NCBI GenBank assembly: GCA_964016885.1
Contig: OZ024741.1
Location: 91,946,001-92,010,000 of the forward strand
Source of the DNA: Eledone cirrhosa
Taxonomy: Eukaryota
Direction: 5' to 3'
DNA length: 64,000 nucleotides
In this document: in pieces, positions 54,483-64,000 of the stretch
How positions within the stretch are numbered: the stretch's first letter is position 1
How the letters are laid out: each line of letters begins with the position of its first letter
Notes under the pieces: model-generated
The model's input: only the letters and a program-made list of their open reading frames with translations
What the model was told of the DNA's origin: nothing
Databases searched by the model: none
Position numbers and translations under genes: made by a program

Positions 54483-55807
54483 ATAGAAAACATATAGTAC
54501 TATATCCTCACTTACGCACTCGGAATAAAACTTATTTTAGAACAAAATGATTTATTAAACACTTATACAACTCTTACACAATCATCTAGTTTATTTTGGT
54601 TAAGTCCAGCTTCCTTTCTTAAGCAACAATAACATAAAATAATTCAAATGTTTCCCGGTTCAAACAATGTAATTTTATATACACTATGAGGCATTCGAAC
54701 AGAAGCATGACTGCAACAAATGTCCAATTCTTTGCTAGGATTATGCCTAATAAACAAAAAATCTATAATTGATTTATTTTAACAAAATAAGGTCGTTAAT
54801 TCCGTGACGGATCCATCAGTTTTGCTTCACTTGCATTTTTAAGCTCTCGAGTATCGACATAATGCAACACACTTTTGTTTGTTTGCAAAGATTGCGTCTG
54901 GTACAAAAAAAAAGCAAGGCTATTAAATTCGTCGCCAAGTTAAACACCACCACGTGACTTTCAGCCGTCGTTAGCTGAATTATTTCTAATGCAAGCATTT
55001 GGATTTAGGCTCTAATCTGAGGTTAAATCTCTCCCATCTTTCCACCATTTTTAGGGGCCATCCCTTCTTTGCACTTCGTCTCACTCTCTGAATAAGCCGT
55101 TTAAAATATGATACATTTGGAGGCAGAGGGGGTCAACGATTTATTGTTTCGTATCCAATCCAATCCAGGGCCTCCTGTTGGAGGAACATCTCACGGGTTG
55201 ACCTCCACCGCTTTCTCTTTGGTTTTGGTCATATCAGGAGTATAGCCGTACTCACCACGCTTGGGGTGGATTGCCGTTGACTCTTTTAACAGCCTTCTAA
55301 CAGCTGTTGTTTTTTGTGTTGCTGTCGTCCCATTTACCCTCCTCACTAGACCAGGGCCTGGTGAGGGCACCAGTTTAGTCACCAAGCACTCCACTATGAA
55401 GCAGGTTGTACTGGGTTACATGGTACAAGTAGCAGGCAAACGTCTGGCCTGACAAGTTTTGTATCGAATCCCCTTAATTTCAATGTGACGATTTCTGTTT
55501 AGAACATTAAGAGTCGTAACTAAATAAAACCCAACATTTTCTTTAGCTTTCTAATGTTTCTGTCATTTTCCACTTTTGATTGCAGTACTTCATTCAAGTC
55601 ACCCTGTGGTCATACACCATGCCAGAAACATTGACGTAATGATTCTGTTTGACCAATTATTTTCTAACGAAACCATCATGTGTTGGATATGAAATTAATC
55701 CCTAGTTTATATTGCAATACGAAAAATTACTTCAAATGATTTTGGATAACTATGTACTTTTACATAAATGATGTCTGCCGCAAGATGATTTATAAGAGGT
55801 AAAGAAA

Positions 55808-55820
55808 GTTGCTTAGCAAC
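55808..55820. promoter_or_regulatory. Candidate RFX X-box
   Basis: Palindromic GTTGCTTAGCAAC about 57 bp upstream of ATG 55878, in sequence not repeated within the window. Confidence 0.35.
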
Positions 55821-55877
55821 GAAACTATAAATTCACCATAGAGATAGAATATAAATTGCATTAAGTAGACACGTGGG

Positions 55878-56081
55878 ATGGCCGATACTACAGAAGACAC
55901 TGAGCCAACGGGAGAGTCTCTTGATCTAGTAGAAATAGTATCCAAATCTCCCCCAAATAACATCTTACTGACTTGGAAAGGAAATGTTACATTAGATAAA
56001 TGTAGTTCTATACATAATTCAGATGAAAATGAAAAGAATGATGGGTATAACTGGAATGTCTTTCATCATAAGTCTGATTAA
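55878..56081 (+). CDS. Possible first coding exon of an unidentified host gene
   Basis: Non-repetitive acidic ORF MADTTEDTEPTGESLDLVEIV.. with GGGATGG start context; no recognisable domain; splice donor uncertain. Confidence 0.2.
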   Translation: MADTTEDTEPTGESLDLVEIVSKSPPNNILLTWKGNVTLDKCSSIHNSDENEKNDGYNWNVFHHKSD

Positions 56082-56408
56082 TCATAACTGATTTGGAGCA
56101 AAAATGAAAATTGAAGACAGAAGGAATTAACTCTGTAATACTGGTGCCAATATTTAACTCTATAACGCCCATTATTAATAATCCTGGAATCTTTAAGTAT
56201 TACGCTCATCTTGACATATTATCATATTTTTGGTTTAAATTACATTTTATGAATAAATGTTTACAGGTTAACAAAGGGCAATCACTAGTTCATGGCATTT
56301 ACGATGGCGTGGGTGACAACGAATGGTTGTGCACCTGGTTTCGAACGAATAATTCATACACACGCCCACACACATATATATATATATATATGAATCATAC
56401 ACACACAC

Positions 56409-56536
<128 letters not shown>

Positions 56537-56825
56537 AATAATTTTTTTTTAATTATCGCTCTACATAACTGAATACAATAAATGTAATCTGAATTTTTCG
56601 ATTATTAATAATAATATTCGATTCGTTTGCAATTATGTAAACAGCCTCTTTTTTAAAGCCATGTCAGTAGAATGAGCTTCTCATTCTTGCTCTTGTCTAG
56701 GCATGTAACTATTGTGTTGGCATGCAGACACTAATGTTTCTGGGTATCACTTTCATCAGTACAGTTCACTGTTCACCAGCCAACTGTCAGAGCTAGTGAA
56801 AATATATATTTTCTAAAATATACAG

Positions 56826-56935
56826 TGACTGATCGGCCTGCTTTGCATATTAGCCGACTGACTGATCAGTCAGATCTGCATATTAGCAGATCCACTGATC
56901 AGCCAGATTTGCATATCAGCAGATAGGTCAGTCAG
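56826..56935. repeat. Minisatellite of about 33 nt, 3 copies
   Basis: ACTGATCAGCCAGATTTGCATATYAGCAGA-like units. Confidence 0.7.
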
Positions 56936-57013
56936 TTTCCTGTATACGAGCGGTTAAAGCCGGCTTTGCCACATTCAAATAAATAAAAAATAAACAAATA
57001 AATAAAAAATAAA

Positions 57014-57078
<65 letters not shown>

Positions 57079-57583
57079 CACACACACATATCTATCTATA
57101 TCACACACTAATCATATTTCCTTTATCCTATGTCACAAACTCGTTAATACATTACACGCTTACATACATACACACGTCAAAATTTAATCATACACTCACA
57201 CATACAAGTCCACTACCACATAGCACACGGATAACACACACGCTAACTTTGATACTTTACAATATACCTTAAAAAAACACATACATTTAAATATACACAT
57301 ACATTCACAAATAATATCGACACTAATACACACATATTCCACTTTACGTTCCAAATTCGTTACCAAGACTACCTAACGGTCTGTCTTGTTTACACTCCTT
57401 ATTTTCGTTTTTTTTTTTGTTTTTTTTTACTTTTCTGTAATCTATCCTTTGTGATCCTGTCTCTATTTTTGTACTCCTGATGAAGGGCTAAAACCCGACA
57501 TGCTGAACTTTCTTTCCCCTTCTCCATATAAAGCGTGAAACTAATAATTTGTACCGCTATTTGTTGTCTCCTTAAACTATATA

Positions 57584-57709
<126 letters not shown>

Positions 57710-57757
57710 CGTGTGTATCCCGGTATATATATATATATGTGTGTGTGTGTGTATCCC

Positions 57758-57796
<39 letters not shown>

Positions 57797-58080
57797 GTCG
57801 AAACGGTCGGAGCTAAGCCGTCGGGGTCCTCACTCTTTTCCTACTACCCACTCTACTATCCAGTATTGAGTATTTTGGTGCGTCATGGACCACCTCGTTA
57901 CTTACCACACTTCCTTCGTTATATATATATATAATATATTTAAAGGTTAAACAAGGTTCAATGAATAAATCAAAGAATGAGTTTTACAATAGATTGGAAG
58001 CACTCAACAGGAATGGTTTTCCGGAGTTATTAATATTAATTCAAACTATTAACAAAAATAGACATTCGTGTGATCAAGTA

Positions 58081-58147
58081 TATTTTATTATACATATTTC
58101 AGAGGTGTTGAGCTAACTTCAACAGTACGTCCTCATCAGATAAAATA
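58081..58147 (-). ncRNA. Hammerhead ribozyme
   Basis: tattttat CTGATGA gga..tgttga agttagc tcaaca..tct GAAA tatgta TA| ataaaata (8-bp stem I). Confidence 0.82.
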
Positions 58148-59183
58148 AGATGATGCATGACATACCTTGACATAGTAGATGGTTAAGATTCAGTCATGGT
58201 AGTGAATAAGATATGACAAAACTCAATATTTATATACCTTAAGATTGAGACATGAAAAAATGTACATATAATACAGAGGGTGCGTGTCAGAAAGCTTAAA
58301 AATACATAATAACAGTTTACATAACTGTTAGAGATTCAAATAATTTAAATTATTGAAGAAAGAAGAAAGAAAGAAGAAAGACAGAGAGAAACAGATGGGG
58401 AGAAAATATAGTTACTAGAAGTATAGAAAGCAAAAGAGAATTGATCAAGGATAGAGAGACAAGGAGGAATAATTTTTATAGTATAAAGCATAGGGAGGGA
58501 GGTTTGTATTGTCGTGCATGAATAGGGTGTGATTAGATAATGCAAAAATTATATATATCTATACAAACACATGAATATACATTTAGGCATAGCTTTGTGA
58601 AAGAGTAAACTCGAATCTTTGAATTATTGAATTATCTAGAAGTATCCATCAATCTAAATATTAAATATATCTGGGTGTAATGATATGAGGGTTTAATTTC
58701 GAGTCCTTAGTTAATTAGAAATATACTAAGAATTAATTATATACACTATATATATCCAAACGTATCCGGCTCTCCGTTAAATTTAAAATCATTTATGTTA
58801 GTTCAGAATAATGAATTAATCAAAATGTATAATATTTCAGGCTATAAAAGTTTATAAATATCTATATTAATATTAAAGTATACTATCATATTTAATTTAT
58901 AAAATCATATTTAAAGTATTTTCAAACATGAGAAGGAAAACTTAATATTTTCATCCTCACGAGGGTAATCCATATTGTGCCAAAAAGTAGAAACAATTAT
59001 TTTATATTATATTAAAAAAAAAGATTTTATATTGAAATAATTCACATTATATAATTTAGAAAATAATTAGTTATAACTTTAACAATTTTAAATTAACAAT
59101 TAGAATGCCTTAAAGTATCTAAAGGCCTTATAATTAAACTTTAAAAAAAGGTATTATTAAATTAGATATAAGGCAGTGGATAT

Positions 59184-59376
59184 AAGGCAGTGGAATGGCA
59201 GTATCGGTAGAGAGTCGGACGCCATGCTTTGAAGCATAGAGTTACGTCCCTTTATGATCTGAGTTCAAATCCCGCCGAGGTTAACTTTGCCTTTTATCCT
59301 TACGGGGTCGATAAAATAAAGCACCAGTAATAGATTGGGTAATTGCTGGCCTTGTGCCAAAAGTAGAAACAATTAT
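59184..59376 (+). mobile_element. Same SINE family
   Basis: Full-length copy; TSD ATTATTAAATTAGATATA. Confidence 0.9.
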
Positions 59377-60589
59377 TAAATTAGATATATGCATTTGTCT
59401 AAATATATACAAAAAGCATATTGTCTAAAGTTCAAGACGATATTAGTCAGTTATACATAATATAATATAATATAATAAATAAGTTACAGTTAATATTGTT
59501 AAAAATTAAGGTTTTAGATCAATTATTATATTAGGATCATGTAATACATATATACTATAAATATACAAATCAAACTTCATGAATCATAAGGATAAGAACC
59601 AGATTCAAAGTAAAAAAGTAAATTGTTTGCGATCATAAAAGTGCCAAATACCTAAGCTATATAATTTTAAAATACAAGAAAAATTTTTAAGGATCTATAT
59701 TGTAGTATAATATCATATTTAAAGTGTCTGCAAACATGAGAAAGAGAAAACTTAAGATTTTCATTGACCCGAAGATAACCCGAATTTAATTAAATTAAAA
59801 AATAATAATCGTTATATAATTTAGAAAATATTTAACAATTATAACACTAGAATGTCCTTAAGTATCTAAAGTACTTATAAATGTAGCTAGAAGCATGTTA
59901 TTATGCTAGATATACACATTTGTCCAAATATATATAGAGTATTCTGTTCGGAACTCAAGACAATATTAGTGATCCATATACATATAATAAGTAATAAATA
60001 CAATCATTGTTAGTAAAGTTATAATTGAAGGATAAAACGATAAACAGCACAGCAAACCGATACAATACAATGAAGATTAATGTTGGATATAGAAGGAAAA
60101 TAGTATTTTTTCCACATTAGTCCTTCTCTAGAAGATAGAATGAGAAATAAAAGAAGACATAGAAAGGTGAATGAGAATAAGAAAAGGAAGATACAGAAAA
60201 ACATTGGAGAGAAAGCACGTGTGGTTGCAGTTAGCCATTTTGGGGAAAGTGCTGGTCAGAATGTAGCTTAGATATTAGAGTGGTTTTAAAAGGGAGACAA
60301 TCTTTGTGTATTTTGAGTGGACATAAGCGTGTAAATATATGTGTGCGTGTGTATGTGTGTTTGTTTGTACAAAGTTGTAAGTGTATATTTCTCAGAATAT
60401 ATATGTATATGTACCTGTGTGTGTATGTGTATGTAAGGGGTGTTTGTATGTAAGAAATTGAATTACACTAAATAAAATCTCATTCCTATTGATATCTGAA
60501 AGTTAATGATACGGTAGTGCTCTATATTTGGAATACAGTAATTAAAATATCTGTACAGTTAAATACCCATATATAACATATTATTCCTT

Positions 60590-61410
60590 AACAATTGGAA
60601 CCTGGAACATCACAACCTTTACAGGTAAGGTGCAGGAACTAGTTGATAAAGGTAGATGATACCGGCTAGTTCTAGTCGGGGTTTCCTCAACAAGGTTCCA
60701 TGGCCCTGATACTTTAGATTTGTGGGGATACTCACAAGCCCCGGCTGTTAGAATGTGTTATCGACTGGATACCATTAGGAGGGAAGATTTGCCTCGTGAA
60801 GCTTGGGCTGAAAAATACGTCTCTGTGGGTGGTGAAAGTTTATGCATCAAACAAGGGTTCCCAATACAGATCCTTCCTTGATGAAGTCACTGCAGCATTA
60901 AATGCAGTTAAGACTGAGTCATATATCCTGATGCGAGACTTCGATGTAAATGTTGGCACTGACCACCTGACATGGAAAGAAGTGATAGGAAGCAATGGTG
61001 ACTCCGATCTAAATACGAATGGAGAGGCCTTGCTAGACTTCTGTTTTAGCTATGGACTCTCTATTGTGAACACCTTTTTCAAGTATAGATACATCCATAA
61101 ATATATATGGTATAAGAGTAATCGGGGACAGAGATCAATAATTGATTTTGTTATTGCCATTGATTTCGTCGATTCTGTGCTGGATGTTCGTACTAAGAGA
61201 GGGGCTGAGCTGCTAACTGATCACCATCTAGTTATCTACAACCTGAGGCTACTTAAAACCTAAGAAGCTCACAAAACTGGCAGGTCCAGAGCGACCTACA
61301 GGATAAAGTTGGGATTGTTGATGGATAAGGAAGTCAGGACCAGGTATGCAGATACTATTGCATCGAAATTCAGAGAATCCACTGAGGAAACTGAGAACGT
61401 TACACCAAAT
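60590..61410 (+). pseudogene. LINE (RTE-like) APE endonuclease fragment
   Basis: GTWNI near 60597; VYA, LMRDFDVNVG, NTNGEALLDFC, IVNTFF, SIIDFV, TDHHLV. Confidence 0.85.
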
Positions 61411-61575
61411 CCAAATTCAGAGCTTCTCACTCTTGTTGAAGAGGCCTCTCCCTGGTTGTCCTCCACTGTTTCCTATCTCTGGTCATACTGGGTCATGCGA
61501 GGCCGAGGTATCGGATCATATCGTTGCGCCATCTTACTTTTGGCAACCGTCTAGTTCTTCTCTACTGCATTGGTG
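61410..61575 (-). mobile_element. RTE LINE 3'-terminal fragment in opposite orientation
   Basis: Reverse translation RRTRRLPKVRWRNDM...DRKQWR. Confidence 0.6.
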
Positions 61576-62564
61576 TCCACTCTGGCTCTATATGTACATA
61601 AATTCACATATATATCCGTATGATTCTTTATAATTTGATGTCTCAAAATTTCATGTGTTTCATACGCATTCTGCAATGAAGAAAGATCGGTCTTATAAGC
61701 ATCACAATCATACTTGTTTTAGGCGTGCTTTCCGTAAACGACCCAAAACACAACTCAACAAGCGGAATACTCAACCATAAGTGTAATATATACATGCGTC
61801 TCTCGACTCAAATAAGATGTGACTATATATAAATATATATGTGTGTATGTGTGTGTGTGTATGTGCGTCTGTGAGCGTGTGTGTCTGTCTGTCTGTCTGT
61901 GTGTGCGTGTGTACATATATACATCTACGACTGGCATTCCTATAGTTTCCTTTTACCAATCAACAGCTGTGAACCTACAGCCTGCCAAATAGTATAAATC
62001 TGTAACTGTGATGTTCATGCTTCTCTATGACCGTTAGAAACTTAAGGGATATGTTATAACACCAATAGACCTCTTCAACATATTACTATCCTAACTCATC
62101 GAGCTAACCTCCAGCTGCATATCGCTGTACTGTAACTGCAAGATATATGTCTCTAAAATATTGTTTTGTTTCTGACTAATCACAAAACTTTCATATAATT
62201 GAAACAAACGAAGTGAAAGAAATTTAGTTCATCCAGGAATGTTAACGCAATGATTTCGTCTCAGCTTGCCGGAAGCTTCTCTCTTGTCTGCTGCATGGCT
62301 TTCATCACAGATACTTTAAAACATTGCTTCTGTAATTACGAGTTGCTATGAATTGAATAAATTTATATTTTCTGAAAAAAACTACTCTACTCTTCAGTAA
62401 TCGCTGAGAATACATTATAGAGTAGTTTATTGTAATGTAATGTGCGTAGAACAACTGAATGTGACAACTGATGCGTCTTTCATAATTTCAGCCTCGGGAT
62501 GATTGTAGAAACAAACAAAAAATTGGTTTGATTAATAATTCTCTCTCTCTCTCTCTCGCTCTCG

Positions 62565-62615
<51 letters not shown>

Positions 62616-63024
62616 GCACACACACACACACACGCACACACACACACGCACGCACGCACACATATACGCACACACACACGCACACACACGCACATACAGA
62701 GCTGTGCCTAGAATGGATATCTGTTGGTTTCGACGATGAGTGTTCCAGTTGCACGCTCGATCAATGGATCAGCATGTTCGTGAAATTAAAATAAATACGG
62801 CTGGGCATTTTATTCCATAGACCATGAAACTTTAATGTAATACTCATGGAGGTTCATCATATTAACTGAAACATTTATCATCCGAACCGATGTAGACTCA
62901 ACACATGCGTACCTTTTTCTAACAGCCTCGTAAATCGCTATCAAAAGAATAATTTAATATATATATCGTATGTAGAACGGAGTAAACCATCAAATCATTG
63001 AAATGTTTCGAAGAAAAAGCGTAG

Positions 63025-63190
63025 GTGCAGCAGTGGGTGTGTGGTTAAGGAGTCCACCTCACAACCTCGTTGTTTCATGTTTAATCACACTGCGCAGTAC
63101 CTTGGGACAGTATTTTCTATTATAGACTTGAGTTGAAAAAATGCCTTGTGAGTGGAATACGGTAGACGGAAACTGTTAAGGATCGTTGTA
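63025..63190 (+). repeat. Older tRNA-headed SINE (related pieces at 4690-4815 and 61926-61958)
   Basis: GTGTGGTTAAG head; GCCTTGTGAGTGGA..GGTAGACGGAAACTG tail. Confidence 0.55.
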
Positions 63191-63217
63191 TATACATACA
63201 AACATACATACATACTT

Positions 63218-63310
<93 letters not shown>

Positions 63311-63441
63311 GAGATTGGAAATAGCACGGAAAATATATTTAAGGGTCTGTTTGTCTTTTTTTTCTTTTATTTGATTTGTCAAAGTGACATTATTGAAAAA
63401 ATGAGAGGGACAATTCTTTTTAAAAAAAATTTTCTAATGTA

Positions 63442-64000
63442 CTAGTTGGCCCGGCTAGGTATACCGGGATTTTATCTTTGCACTCCAGTGCAAAGATACC
63501 GCATGCCCTCTCAAGTCAGCGGGATGGGAGGGGGGGTTAACGTGCTCTGATGTTGGGTTTGAATAGTTTTTAGGATTCCCCAGTTCAGCAAATTATTTAA
63601 ATTACATTGTTAGAGCCTCAGAGTATACAATATTTTTTGTTCCTCCCTCCGGAGCAAAGATGAAGAGATTGTTTGGTGAGCTCACCCTAGAGCATCCTAC
63701 ATACAATTGACCATGGGAGAATCAATGATTTCGTAGCTTGTCTCGCGGAGAAGCTCTGTAGACGTTGACCTCTGGACACTCCTTTCAGGAGCAGGTAAGC
63801 TGTAGTGCCTTAGAGGCCTACCACCATTCTCCAGGACACTGTTTTCAAGACAAATGAGCGCCTCATTGAAAATTGGATTGTGTCTGCGTGTGCGGTGGAG
63901 GATGTCCTCAGCTAGACTTTCACGGTGGTTGTTCCACAGTGCGAGAGGGTCGGCGAGATCGCAGTTGTGCAGCATAATAGCAAAAAGTTTTCGCAGCTGA
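63442..64000 (-). mobile_element. Helitron deletion derivative with RepHel coding fragment
   Basis: QLRKLFAIML..C..ADPLALW..H...LAEDI..NEAL..LE (Rep-helicase linker) at 63697-64000. 3' hairpin CCCGG..CCGGG and CTAG|T at 63442. Confidence 0.8.

Larger units (their letters stand above)
57935..60590 (-). mobile_element. Probable PLE 3' UTR/pLTR region (non-coding, AT-rich, internally duplicated, with SINE insertion)
   Basis: Clean HHR at 58081-58147 near a (TA) end. Diverged direct duplication of about 58880-59140 vs 59700-59880. No ORF; boundaries uncertain. Confidence 0.4.

Overview
AT-rich eukaryotic genomic DNA dominated by microsatellites ((TA)n, (CA)n, (TACA)n, (GA)n) and transposable elements. 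The tRNA-derived SINE family resembles those of octopod cephalopods (inference). No intact host gene is clearly supported; most listed ORFs are microsatellite translations. Recognisable elements: five Penelope-like retroelement (PLE) copies of Naiad-type architecture (RT and/or CxC..CPL..C + GIY-YIG, one missed by the ORF track), Neptune/Poseidon-type PLE scraps, an R4/Dong-type RLE retrotransposon in (TACA)n, RTE LINE fragments, a Chapaev3-like DNA transposon with TIRs/TSD, three Helitrons, hAT and Tc1/mariner MITEs, a mariner remnant and at least 8 young SINE copies. The main signal is about 25-30 hammerhead ribozyme (HHR) motifs from about 10 families, ranging from intact to degenerate. They sit in PLE 3' ends and in short non-coding retrozyme-like units (about 300-700 nt) inserted in (TA)n as permuted tandem and inverted copies. 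The set includes a covarying U3-A8 core variant, palindromic (dimer-type) stem III, very long stem II insertions and a U4A variant carried inside Helitrons. All folds were read by eye; none was computed or tested.
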